A DNA stretch of 32,000 bases from Candidatus Baldrarchaeota archaeon (GTDB taxonomy: Archaea; Asgardarchaeota; Baldrarchaeia; Baldrarchaeales; DXJG01), in the NCBI GenBank assembly GCA_019056805.1, contig DXJG01000013.1, forward strand, positions 818 to 32,817. The letters are read 5' to 3'. The position numbers were made by a program, and so were the translations under genes. The notes under the pieces are model-generated. The model did not search any database. It had not been told where the DNA came from and saw only the letters and a list, made by a program, of their open reading frames with translations. Below are positions 1 to 9,669 of this stretch, in pieces (positions within the stretch are counted from its first letter, which is position 1; every line of letters starts with the position of its first letter).

Positions 1-442
1 GTTCATCCTTAAATTTTTTCTCAATTTCCTGAGCTTTAAAATATGCATAGAGCGAATCCCATATTTTAAAACCTATCTCAAGAGCTTTATAATCGCTTTC
101 AACAATGAGTCTTAATCCGCTAAACAATGCTTTTATTCCGGAAGCCTCAGGAACCTTATGAAGTTCTTTTTCGATATCAGCTGCATGAACTATCTGGGCA
201 ACCTTCGTAAGAATTGGATCCTTTATCTTATATTTATCCATGATGACTTCAAAGGTACATTTTCCATTTTTATGCCCTAGTTCAACACCGCTGATATCAA
301 AAGGTATACCATGTTCTGGTTTAGGTTCTTCCCGTGGATAATCTATAAAAACAAATTCAGCGTTTTGGTCAATGAATTTTTTAATAAGCCATGCACTAGC
401 TGTACGATCAACATGCACAAACCTTCTAGTAACCCATTTCAA
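1..442 (-). CDS. Chromate-resistance protein ChrB-like (C-terminal domain family); runs off the window edge
   Basis: Not in the ORF track. Manual translation from TTG at 442 (GGTGA SD upstream): MKWVTRRFVHVDRTASAWLIKKFIDQNAEFVF...PFDISGVELGHKNGKCTFEVIMDKYKIKDPILTKVAQIVHAADI, the typical ChrB_C pattern. Frame stays open to base 1. Confidence 0.85.
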   Translation of the reverse strand, partial: MKWVTRRFVHVDRTASAWLIKKFIDQNAEFVFIDYPREEPKPEHGIPFDISGVELGHKNGKCTFEVIMDKYKIKDPILTKVAQIVHAADIEKELHKVPEASGIKALFSGLRLIVESDYKALEIGFKIWDSLYAYFKAQEIEKKFKDE

Positions 443-547
443 CCCCTATCACCCATCGCGTTTTGTGATATTAACTAAGCTTACCATAGATATTTAATCT
501 TACGACAAAATATCTTCACTGTTTTAAGCTAAAGCAGATAAAGATCT

Positions 548-1162
548 CTATTTTTCTCCTTTGCAGTGAATTTTAACTGGGCATTTTTCACATTTATGTT
601 TCTTACAATATTCTAAGTAAATTCTTACAAGTTTTGATTCGAAAATTTCAATGTCTTTTAGACCTAAGCGATTAGCAACTTCAACGGCAATAGGTGATGG
701 TTTAGGTTGAGCTTTAGGCCATACGCCTCTAAGTTCTCTTAAAAATATATTTACAGCTGTCGGACCAAAACCTTTAAACTCCATAAGCTTTTTCTCAAGA
801 TCTCTTGGATCTAAAGCTTCTTCATGTAACTTTTCCAAGCTACCATCATACTTACTTTTAAGCAACTTAACGGTTTCAAGAATATTTGTCGCAGTAGAGA
901 AATCATACCTTACATAGCCCCCAGAATCAAGCACCTCCACCAACCTATCCCATCCTGCATCCAAAATTCTATCAGGTGTGGTTAAATTTTCCTCAACGAA
1001 TCTTCTAAAAGTCCTTTTAGCAATGTCCGCTGAAATTCTTTTAGCAAAAAGCAGAGAAGCCAAAAACCATTTAAATCGATCTTCGGCGACAGAAAGATTT
1101 AGTCCAAGTTCTTCCGAATAATTTGGCAACTTTTTAAGCTCGTCTTCAATGTCCAAACTCAT
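548..1162 (-). CDS. HhH-GPD superfamily (endonuclease III-like) protein with C-terminal Cys4 motif
   Basis: HhH motif LMEFKGFGPTAVNIFLRE; C-terminal C-x4-C-x2-C-x5-C. Start moved to ATG 1162, which follows GAGGGG. Confidence 0.7.
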   Translation of the reverse strand: MSLDIEDELKKLPNYSEELGLNLSVAEDRFKWFLASLLFAKRISADIAKRTFRRFVEENLTTPDRILDAGWDRLVEVLDSGGYVRYDFSTATNILETVKLLKSKYDGSLEKLHEEALDPRDLEKKLMEFKGFGPTAVNIFLRELRGVWPKAQPKPSPIAVEVANRLGLKDIEIFESKLVRIYLEYCKKHKCEKCPVKIHCKGEK

Positions 1163-1376
1163 CCCCTCAACTAACATAATATTCAATATATTACAGGATC
1201 AAAGGAATATCTCTGTTAAATTTCAATAATTAGATAACTATGCTTAGAAAGAATCTTTAACTATCTAAAGATTTCTAAATTTTTGGGTTAAAAAAGACGT
1301 CGTTTCCATATGTCATGACAAAATTTATTAGTCGGAAAAGAAAGAGATTAGTCATTATTTTATCGGAGGGATCTTT

Positions 1377-1907
1377 GTGGAGCCATATGTCTTATTTATG
1401 AGTGGAAAATTCATAAATAAGATGAAAAAAGCTTTTAAAATTGGAACATTGGCAAGAAAACCATTCAAAGATGTTGCAACGGTGCTTGGCTATTCCCCAG
1501 TTGAAATTTCATCCAAAGAAGCAAAAGAATACTTTGATAGGTTAGCTCCTTCCCTTAAAGACCTAGCACGTGGCATCATCCAAGCATTCTTCATCCCAGC
1601 AGGCCTTTTATCTAGGAAAAATTACATTACACAAGAGATCCTCGACATAGGGGATTTCTCTCTTTTGCATTTTGCAACATTCGTAGGAAGAATGGTCAAG
1701 AAAACATACTTTGGTTGCATTGTTCTACCCAAGAGTGAAAGTGGATTAGAATCTTCCAAAAACTTCTTTAAAACAATACTCTCCAAAGTAGGTCAAAATC
1801 CTATCGACGATAAAGGGTGGAAAGACACACTTCCAGCTAGAGAAAAATTCATCGCAGAAAAAATCAAAGGTTCGGATAGAAATCTATGGCCAGAAATAGC
1901 CTCCTAA
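1377..1907 (+). CDS. Hypothetical protein (176 aa)
   Basis: GTG start after GGAGGG; plausible composition; no family recognised. Confidence 0.6.
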   Translation: MEPYVLFMSGKFINKMKKAFKIGTLARKPFKDVATVLGYSPVEISSKEAKEYFDRLAPSLKDLARGIIQAFFIPAGLLSRKNYITQEILDIGDFSLLHFATFVGRMVKKTYFGCIVLPKSESGLESSKNFFKTILSKVGQNPIDDKGWKDTLPAREKFIAEKIKGSDRNLWPEIAS

Positions 1908-1954
1908 ATTCCTATTTCCTAATATTGTGTAAATTTTATGTGGAAGTGTGTAAG

Positions 1955-2875
1955 ATGCCATTGTTTGGTCCAAAAGTAGAATTAAAAATGGAAACAAACA
2001 AAGATGCTTATTTTCCTGGAGATGAGCTTAAGGTCAAAATACTAATTTCCAGTAATAAAAAAGTAAAAATGGAGGAAGTCAGACTCGAATTGATTTGTAC
2101 AACTACGGTTGAATACCATGTAGCAAGAAAATATGCTATAACGTATCCGGATAGTGAAGATGGTGACGAACTAGTACCAGAAGAAAGACTTTTTGAACTT
2201 GTAAAAATACAAGAACAAATACTAAAGAAAGGAGTAATTCCACCTAGAGACCTTTTCCTAGAAAAAACTTTAACAATTCCAATGGATGCTCCACCAACAT
2301 TCAATGGAACCCATATAAAGACAAATTGGCTTGTAAAAACAGTAATAAATAGAAAATTAAAAAGAGATATTGTTGCAAAAAAGGACATCACAGTTATGGG
2401 ACGTATGACAGATCCGGAATTGAAAGAGCCACGTGAATTGCCTTATGAGCTGAAAGATGTAATTATATATATTAAGATTCCAAGATTTGGCTTCATTTTC
2501 GGTGAAACTGTTTCAGGAGAGGTTAACATCAAAGCTAAGAAAAATGTAAAGTTTAGTGAAGTAAGAGCAGAGTTGACCTGTATTGAAAAACTAGATCCCT
2601 CAAATATTTTAGTAACGCCAATAATGAGTTTTACAGAATTTCAAGGCGATTGTTTCGATATCTTTGCGCGCGATGTTCTTACGAAAAGCTTAGAACTCAA
2701 GGAAAATGATCAACAAAAATTTTGGTTTAACCTAAAAGTTCCAAATATACAAAAACCAATGTGTGAAACAGCGTACTATAAAGTAGCCTGGTTTCTCAAT
2801 ATAGTTTGTTCAAGGAAATTGAAACCAGATTTGAAAGCCACTATTCCTCTAGCTATAACAAATAGTATCGACTAA
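1955..2875 (+). CDS. Tandem arrestin-N/SpoOM-like beta-sandwich protein
   Basis: Two similar halves: YFPGDELKVKILISSNKKVKMEEVRLELIC...WLVKTVINRKLKRD and FIFGETVSGEVNIKAKKNVKFSEVRAELTC...WFLNIVCSRKLKPD. Start moved to ATG 1955 (MPLFG). Confidence 0.65.
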   Translation: MPLFGPKVELKMETNKDAYFPGDELKVKILISSNKKVKMEEVRLELICTTTVEYHVARKYAITYPDSEDGDELVPEERLFELVKIQEQILKKGVIPPRDLFLEKTLTIPMDAPPTFNGTHIKTNWLVKTVINRKLKRDIVAKKDITVMGRMTDPELKEPRELPYELKDVIIYIKIPRFGFIFGETVSGEVNIKAKKNVKFSEVRAELTCIEKLDPSNILVTPIMSFTEFQGDCFDIFARDVLTKSLELKENDQQKFWFNLKVPNIQKPMCETAYYKVAWFLNIVCSRKLKPDLKATIPLAITNSID

Positions 2876-3081
2876 CAAAGAAAAATGATGTAGATATCAA
2901 AATATTTCATTTTTCTTTTTAGAACTTTAAGTTCTTTTTACACGTTATATTCGCAACTAAGTCGTGACAAAAATGTTCGCTTCTAAGCCATTAAAATTAA
3001 TTAAAGATTGAGAATTATCAATAAAGAAGCATAAATATTTTGTAATGCTGTAAATTTAAAACTAAAATTTGGTGATTATAT

Positions 3082-3732
3082 ATGAAATGTGCTTATTGTA
3101 AGGTTTTAGTATGCGCTGAAGGAAAAACTAAAGGATCTAAAGGCTGTCCAATGCTTAAATATATGAATGTAATTGAAGAAGTACGTCACGAATATGAGAA
3201 GCCTTTTGCAAGAAAACTTGCTTCAAATGCGGGGATTGTTGAGGCAAGTGGCTATATTGAATGGCCACGTCTCAGGGAAATCATAGAATTTGCACGTCTC
3301 ATGGAATATAAAAAGTTAGGTATCGCCTTCTGTATAGGTTTACAGAAAGAAGCAGCAATTGTATCTAAAATTCTTGAAGAAGCTGGATTTGAAGTTCATT
3401 CAGTAAATTGTAAGGTTGGAGCAATTTCAAAAGAAGATGTTGGAGTTCCCAAAGAGTATCAAGGAGTTTCAAAAACCGGTTACAACATTGGTTATGTAGC
3501 TTGTAATCCAGTAGGCCAAGCTCGTCTCCTTGCTGAAGTTAAAACTGACCTTAACATCGTATTAGGGCTATGTGTTGGCCATGACACTCTCTTCTTCAAA
3601 TATTCAGAAGCTCCTGTCACAGTTCTTGCAACAAAAGATAGAATTAGCGGACATAATCCTCTAGGATTCCTTCACACATATTATGGTAAAAAATATTTTC
3701 AAAAACTGTTTTCTAAACCAGAAACAATGTAG
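3082..3732 (+). CDS. DUF1847 family Cys-rich putative metal-binding protein
   Basis: GIAFCIGL, VNCKVG, CNPVGQA, NIVLGLCVGHD and KDR..GHNP motifs. Confidence 0.85.
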   Translation: MKCAYCKVLVCAEGKTKGSKGCPMLKYMNVIEEVRHEYEKPFARKLASNAGIVEASGYIEWPRLREIIEFARLMEYKKLGIAFCIGLQKEAAIVSKILEEAGFEVHSVNCKVGAISKEDVGVPKEYQGVSKTGYNIGYVACNPVGQARLLAEVKTDLNIVLGLCVGHDTLFFKYSEAPVTVLATKDRISGHNPLGFLHTYYGKKYFQKLFSKPETM

Positions 3733-4001
3733 TTTTCATATTTTCTTTCCAATTTTATCTTAAATATAACTTTTTACATTAAATATGTTTACATCATTAG
3801 AAAGATCAAATATTAGTTGTTTGTGTCGAAATTAAAAACTAAGTACCTATGTTTTAAAGGTAATATAGGGAGAAAAAGTGTGTCATTTTAATATTATAGC
3901 TTTGCTCTTTGTCTTAACTTTTTAACGAATTATCTTTATTTAGTTTAACCGAAACTATTATATAGTATAAGACCTTTAACGGCTTTATCGGGGTTTTTAA
4001 G

Positions 4002-5174
4002 ATGAGAAAAGTTGCTGTTATAGGGGTAGGAAACTCTAAATTCGGTAATAGACAGGATGTAAATGTCACCGAACTTGCTTTTGAAGCAGTGAAGCCAGCC
4101 CTTGAAGATGCTGGTCTAATACCAAAAGACATCGAATTCGTAGCAGTTGGATCAGCAGGAGCCGGTGCATGGTACGAAGAAGCACTTCCAGCTGTTATCG
4201 CTGCCGAGTACTGTGGACTAACCGGTGCAGGTCTCGTTCGCTGCGAAGCAGCCTGTGCATCAGGCAGCGCGGCTGTTTTCACAGTTTATTCAGCTATTGC
4301 AAGTGGACAAATCGACATCGGAATGGCACTGGGTCTTGAAAAAATGAGAGAAGTAGATACACTTACAGTTGTCGAGCTTATTGGAAGAGCTGGATACTAT
4401 CTCTGGGAATTCCACAATTTCGGAATGACCTTCCCAGCATACTACGCAATGCATGCAACTGCGCACATGGCAAAATACGGTACAACAGAAGAAGACTTGG
4501 CACTAGTTGCCGTTAAAAACCATAAATACGCAGCACTAAACCCAGTAGCACATTTTCAAAAAGAAATAACCGTTGATGAGGCATTATCATCCTATCCAAT
4601 AGCTTGGCCACTCAAACTCTACGATTGTTGCCCAGTAACCGACGGAGCAGCCGCTGTAATTCTTGCATCCGAAGAAAAAGTGAAAGAATTGAAAATAGAT
4701 ACACCAGTTTGGATCGAGGGTATTGGAGCCTCCTCTGGCACAGGTAATCTAAGTAAAAGAGATAGTTACGTAGGACTTAAATCAGCCGTTATCGCGGCTC
4801 AAAAAGCATATAAAATGGCCGGTGTTGGTCCTGAAGATATTGAAGTTGCTACAGTTCATGACTGCTTTACAATTGCTGAAATATTGGCTTATGAAGACCT
4901 AGGTTTCTGTAAGAAAGGAGAGGGTCCAAAACTCATAAGGGAAGGGCAAACTGAGATCGGCGGTAAAATACCTGTGAACGTTGACGGAGGATTAAAAGCT
5001 AAGGGTCATCCGATTGGTGCAACTGGATGCTCAATGATTTATGAATTAACAAAGCAGCTTAGAGAAGAAGCAGAGAAGAGGCAGAGGCAAGTTCCATTAA
5101 AGAAGTATATAGCTTTAGCTCATAATGTCGGAGGAACTGGTCACTACTGTTATGTAACCATATTAAGAAGGTGA
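4002..5174 (+). CDS. Thiolase (acetyl-CoA C-acyltransferase), archaeal SCP-x-like type
   Basis: CEAACASG catalytic Cys, DGAAA, VHDCFT, NVDGGLKAKGHPIGATG, HNVGG. Confidence 0.95.
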   Translation: MRKVAVIGVGNSKFGNRQDVNVTELAFEAVKPALEDAGLIPKDIEFVAVGSAGAGAWYEEALPAVIAAEYCGLTGAGLVRCEAACASGSAAVFTVYSAIASGQIDIGMALGLEKMREVDTLTVVELIGRAGYYLWEFHNFGMTFPAYYAMHATAHMAKYGTTEEDLALVAVKNHKYAALNPVAHFQKEITVDEALSSYPIAWPLKLYDCCPVTDGAAAVILASEEKVKELKIDTPVWIEGIGASSGTGNLSKRDSYVGLKSAVIAAQKAYKMAGVGPEDIEVATVHDCFTIAEILAYEDLGFCKKGEGPKLIREGQTEIGGKIPVNVDGGLKAKGHPIGATGCSMIYELTKQLREEAEKRQRQVPLKKYIALAHNVGGTGHYCYVTILRR

Positions 5175-5611
5175 TGAAGATGGAAGTCGGTTTTCCTACA
5201 ATTAAATCGAGAAAATTAACTATCGTAAATCACATACCGATAAGTAAAACACTAAAATTCTGGGAAGGGCTAAAAGAAGGTAAAATCTACACAACCAAGT
5301 GCAAAAAATGTGGCACAATATTCTTTCCACCAGCTGGAGACTGTTCAAAATGTTATTCTTCAGACATGGAATGGATTGAGTTAAGCAATGAAGCAGAAAT
5401 CGAAACATTTACTCATATCTTAGTTAGACCTGCTACGTTCCAACACTATGAACCTTACACTGTTGCAATTGGAAGATTGAAAGAGGGAGTCAAAGTACTT
5501 GCTTGGCTGACCGGCGCAAAGTTATCAGAGATCAAGGTGGGAATGAAGGTTAAATTGGTTGCCAAAGTTACACCGGAAGGAGAGCCAACTTACGAGTTCC
5601 AGCCAATCTAA
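5171..5611 (+). CDS. DUF35 Zn-ribbon/OB-fold thiolase partner protein
   Basis: CKKC...CSKC ribbon followed by an OB fold; overlaps the thiolase stop. True start may be ATG 5180, after GGTGA. Confidence 0.9.
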   Translation: MMKMEVGFPTIKSRKLTIVNHIPISKTLKFWEGLKEGKIYTTKCKKCGTIFFPPAGDCSKCYSSDMEWIELSNEAEIETFTHILVRPATFQHYEPYTVAIGRLKEGVKVLAWLTGAKLSEIKVGMKVKLVAKVTPEGEPTYEFQPI

Positions 5612-5800
5612 ACCAAAATACAACGCTAAAACACTTATACTAAACAATTTTTATGTTACAAAAAATTGAAGTATTTAATGTTCGGGATAGATGCGTTTAG
5701 ATATAAATATGGATAAATTATCTTTTGAAATAAAAAATATCTGAAGGAACAAAAAAACTTTTTAATAATATCTTAACAACTTAATCAAGAGGGGAGAAAA

Positions 5801-6988
5801 ATGGAAAAAATAGAAAAAGTAGCCGTAGTAGGTTCCGGAACAATGGGCCATGGAATAACCCAAATACTAGCCATGTCCGGATACCAAGTTACCATGATAG
5901 ACATAAGTGATGAAATTTTAAACAAAGCAATGGAAAAAATCAAATGGAGCCTGCAGAAATTCGCTGAAAAACGGAGAATAAAACCAGAAGATGTAGATAC
6001 AATAATGTCAAGAATAAAAACAAACACTAATCTTGAAGAAGCCGTTAAAGACGCAGACTTCGTTATAGAAGCAGTACCAGAAAAAATGGATCTAAAGAAA
6101 CAAATCTTTTCAAGAGCCGACAAAGCAGCACCTAAACATGCAATTTTAGCTACAAATACCTCAAGTCTAAGCATAACAGAAATCTCCGAGGCAACTGAAA
6201 GACCAGACAAAGTTGTTGGAATGCATTTCTTTAATCCACCACAATTAATGCCTCTTGTTGAAGTAATTAAAGGAGAACACACCAGTGATGAAACAGTAAA
6301 CATCACCGTCGAATTAGCAAGAAAACTAGGTAAAACACCAGTTATCTGTAGAAAAGACACCAGAGGATTTATTGTCAACAGAATATTGGGAGCAGTATTT
6401 AACGAAGCATTCTGGGCAGTATACAATAAAGAAGCAACAATCGAAGAAGTTGATTCAGCAGTTAAATACAAAGCAGGTTTCCCAATGGGAATATTTGAAC
6501 TCGCAGACTATGTTGGACTAGACGTCCTCTACTATGTTTCAAACGTAATGGCAGAAGCATTTGGCGACATAGCAAAGCCTTGCCCAATAGTTGACCCACT
6601 TGTAAAAGAAGGAAAACTAGGTCAAAAAACTGGCCAAGGATTTTACGATTGGAGTAAAGGTAGACCAAGAATACCCTTCCATCTCGCAGATAACTTTGAT
6701 ATCATGAGAATTTATGCAGTAGCTGTCAACGAAGCTGCCCGATTAATATACGATGACGTTGCAGATCCAGAAGACATAGACACAGCCATGAAATTCGGCA
6801 CAGGCTGGCCTTCCGGTCCATGTGAAATTGCAGACCGACAAGGAATCGATGTCATAGTCAACAAGCTAAAAGAACTCTACGAGAAAACTGGTGAAGCTAG
6901 ATATAAACCATGTCCACTACTAGAAGAATATGTTAGTAAGAATTGGCTTGGAAGAAAAACCGGTAGGGGGTTCTACAAATATGAGTGA
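5801..6988 (+). CDS. 3-hydroxyacyl-CoA dehydrogenase with duplicated C-terminal domain
   Basis: VVGSGTMGHG Rossmann motif, EAVPE, TNTSSL, GMHFFNP, GFIVNR; two C-terminal units ending in GQGFY and GRGFY. Confidence 0.95.
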   Translation: MEKIEKVAVVGSGTMGHGITQILAMSGYQVTMIDISDEILNKAMEKIKWSLQKFAEKRRIKPEDVDTIMSRIKTNTNLEEAVKDADFVIEAVPEKMDLKKQIFSRADKAAPKHAILATNTSSLSITEISEATERPDKVVGMHFFNPPQLMPLVEVIKGEHTSDETVNITVELARKLGKTPVICRKDTRGFIVNRILGAVFNEAFWAVYNKEATIEEVDSAVKYKAGFPMGIFELADYVGLDVLYYVSNVMAEAFGDIAKPCPIVDPLVKEGKLGQKTGQGFYDWSKGRPRIPFHLADNFDIMRIYAVAVNEAARLIYDDVADPEDIDTAMKFGTGWPSGPCEIADRQGIDVIVNKLKELYEKTGEARYKPCPLLEEYVSKNWLGRKTGRGFYKYE

Positions 6989-7775
6989 AAAAAGATATGA
7001 AAACCTCATATACAAAAAAGAAGATGGAATAGCTTGGATAATCCTAAACCGACCGCACAGACTCAACACTTTTACAGCAGATATGATGTTAGAACTCGGA
7101 AAAGCTCTTGACGAAGCAGAACAAGATAAAGAAGTCAGATGTATTGTTATAACAGGGGCAGGTGATAAAGCATTTAGTGCAGGAGCAGATATAACAGCTT
7201 TCACTGGTTTAAAACCAGCAACAACCGCAGTTGAAGCTTCAATGAGAGGACAAGAAGTCATCAACAAAATTGAGAGACTATCCAAACCAGTAATAGCCTC
7301 AATTAATGGATATTGCCTTGGCGGAGGCTTAGAACTAGCATTAGCATGTGACTTCAGAATAGCTGCGGAGCACGCTCAACTTGGAAGTCCAGAAATAAAA
7401 CTTGGGCTAATACCCGGCTGGGGTGGAACGCAAAGACTTGTTAGACTTGTAGGGCTTGCAAAAGCAAAAGAGCTTGTAATGCTTGGCGATAGAATCACAG
7501 CAGAAGAGGCGTTAAAAATCGGCTTAGTTAATAAAGTTGTGCCTTACGACAAACTTGAAGAAGAAACCAAGAAATTCGCCGAGAAGCTGGTTAAAGGTCC
7601 ACCAGTTGCACTCAAGTATGCAAAATACGCATTAAACTTTGGTGCACAAGTACCCTTGGAAGTTGGCTTAAAACTTGAAGCTAGTGCTTTCGGCCTTGTC
7701 TTCTCCACAAAAGATTTAATCGAAGGCGTAACCGCTTTCATGTCTAAAAGAGAGCCAGAGTTCAAAGGAGAATAA
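6981..7775 (+). CDS. Enoyl-CoA hydratase/isomerase (crotonase)
   Basis: AFSAGADI, GGGLELALACD, PEIKLGLIPGWGGTQRL. ATG 6981 overlaps the HAD stop by 8 nt (ATGAGTGA). Confidence 0.95.
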   Translation: MSEKRYENLIYKKEDGIAWIILNRPHRLNTFTADMMLELGKALDEAEQDKEVRCIVITGAGDKAFSAGADITAFTGLKPATTAVEASMRGQEVINKIERLSKPVIASINGYCLGGGLELALACDFRIAAEHAQLGSPEIKLGLIPGWGGTQRLVRLVGLAKAKELVMLGDRITAEEALKIGLVNKVVPYDKLEEETKKFAEKLVKGPPVALKYAKYALNFGAQVPLEVGLKLEASAFGLVFSTKDLIEGVTAFMSKREPEFKGE

Positions 7776-7855
7776 ACAATATTTCTTTCTTTTATTTTAA
7801 TTTTACAGCGGTTCTAAAAATTAAATAAAATAAGAAATTAAGAAAGTAGTTGTTT

Positions 7856-8197
7856 TTATCCGCTTGCGACTTTATCAAGTATTGTTTTTAGTTTCATAGC
7901 ATCCTCAAGTGAACCTTCGATTCTTAGTTGTCCTGACATATATGCTGCCACAGAATCTAATTCTCCTTTTAGTATTTGTTCCCATACTGCTGAATCAGCT
8001 GTTAAAACTAGTGATGGGTTTTCATGTTGACCTTTTGCAACGTTAAATGTGCCTTCTTTTACTTCTACATAGCAAGGTTCTCCGTCTGTAACCATTATTT
8101 GGAAAACTTTTTCGAAACCTTCAAGTTCGCTTTTTAATTCTTCGATTTTTGAAGCCTTTTCTTCAAAAAGTTCCTTAAGTAGTTCATAGATGCTCAT
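7856..8197 (-). CDS. SCP2 sterol/lipid-binding domain protein
   Basis: GELDSVAAYMSGQLRIEGSLEDAMKL signature; 113 aa. Confidence 0.9.
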   Translation of the reverse strand: MSIYELLKELFEEKASKIEELKSELEGFEKVFQIMVTDGEPCYVEVKEGTFNVAKGQHENPSLVLTADSAVWEQILKGELDSVAAYMSGQLRIEGSLEDAMKLKTILDKVASG

Positions 8198-8253
8198 ATT
8201 ATATACCTCCCTTCCTATTTCACTTAATTTAAAACAAGCTTACATAAAAAATT

Positions 8254-9669
8254 TTAGGTATATTGTTGTTTTCGCTGGTAAAATTCATAAACTTTAGCTA
8301 GCGCATTAGCAGCCCTTATAATGGATGTAAATACTGGTATCTTGGCATTTAAAAACTGATTTTTGGCTTCTAACCATGCTTGTTCACAATAAGTTAAGGG
8401 AAGAACAACTAGAAAAGGCTTATCCGCAGCTAAATATTGACGTCCAGTTTCAACAAAAATTTTAATCATTTTTTTAACTATGCCGCGTTGACCGAAACTT
8501 TCTCTCAAAGTTAAAAAGTGAACTTGAAAATCAAAAATAAGAGCATCAATATATTCCATAACTTCCTGTAAAACAAACTCTACAGCATTAGGATCAAAAA
8601 AGGAACTAGCTAAATCAATAGGATTTTTAATATTCACACCAACTGGTTGAACTACTCTGTGAATTTTTTCTTGAACTTCTCGAGGCAACTCGGGAATATT
8701 AAAACCAAACTGTGCAGCTACATCTGTACAAACAACGCTAGAACCACCACTAATCGAAAGAATACCAATATTTCTACCCTCGGGCGGCGGAAGAAAAGAG
8801 AAAGCACAGAGAAGATCAATCATTTCCTCTAAACTATGAACACTTACAGCATTAGCCTGTTTAAAAACACTTTCCCATATCTGAGCAGAACCAGCCAAAG
8901 CACCTGTATGGGAAGCAACAGCTTTAGAACCCAGTTCAGTGATTCCACCTTTCCAAACAACAACAGGTTTTTCAACTGTTGTTTTCTTTAAAACAGACAA
9001 TAGCTTACTACCGTTTTTTATTCCCTCAATATATAACCCGATAATTTTTGTCTCTTCGTCCCAACGAAGGTATTCTAAAAGATCAGTACTATCAAGATCA
9101 GCTGCATTTCCATAAGAGAAAACTTTCGAGAATTTCAGACCCCAAACAGCACCACAAATAACAACACCGATAGCATTTCCACCACTTTGAGAAATAAAAC
9201 CTACATTTCCACTATCTTTCGGCAGGTCAGGTCTAAAACTTAATTTTCGTCTTGGAGCATAAACACCCATACAATTTGGTCCAAAAGCTTTAATCCCAGT
9301 TTTTTTAACAATCTCAGCAACTTTCTTCTCCAATAAAACTCCTTCTTTTGTACCTGTTTCAGAAAAACCAGATGAAAAAATAGTAACCAATTTAACATCC
9401 TTTTTAGCACAGTCTTCTAAAACTTTCGGGACAATTGGAGCAGGAACAGCAATTATAGCAAAATCCACATCTTGAGGAATATCTAAAATACTTGGATAAC
9501 ATTTAAGCCCTAAAACTTCTTTCTCCTTAGGATTTACTGGGAAAATTTTCCCTGGAAAACCGTATTCTAAAAAAGATCTAACCCAGTAAAATCCTCTCGT
9601 GCGAGAAGCCCCAATGATGGCAACGGATTTAGGTTTCAATAAATTATCAAAGCTCATGGGGTCGAACAC
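8254..9669 (-). CDS. ADP-forming acyl-CoA synthetase alpha subunit-like (CoA-binding domain protein)
   Basis: PKSVAIIGAS, GPNCMG, SQSGG, SYGNAADL, phospho-His motif SHTGALAG, NPIDL. No ATP-grasp (beta) domain. Confidence 0.88.
   Translation of the reverse strand: MFDPMSFDNLLKPKSVAIIGASRTRGFYWVRSFLEYGFPGKIFPVNPKEKEVLGLKCYPSILDIPQDVDFAIIAVPAPIVPKVLEDCAKKDVKLVTIFSSGFSETGTKEGVLLEKKVAEIVKKTGIKAFGPNCMGVYAPRRKLSFRPDLPKDSGNVGFISQSGGNAIGVVICGAVWGLKFSKVFSYGNAADLDSTDLLEYLRWDEETKIIGLYIEGIKNGSKLLSVLKKTTVEKPVVVWKGGITELGSKAVASHTGALAGSAQIWESVFKQANAVSVHSLEEMIDLLCAFSFLPPPEGRNIGILSISGGSSVVCTDVAAQFGFNIPELPREVQEKIHRVVQPVGVNIKNPIDLASSFFDPNAVEFVLQEVMEYIDALIFDFQVHFLTLRESFGQRGIVKKMIKIFVETGRQYLAADKPFLVVLPLTYCEQAWLEAKNQFLNAKIPVFTSIIRAANALAKVYEFYQRKQQYT

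Noticed and set aside
4002-5611. Mevalonate-pathway thiolase/DUF35/HMG-CoA synthase complex
   Set aside because: No HMG-CoA synthase nearby; the neighbours are beta-oxidation enzymes.
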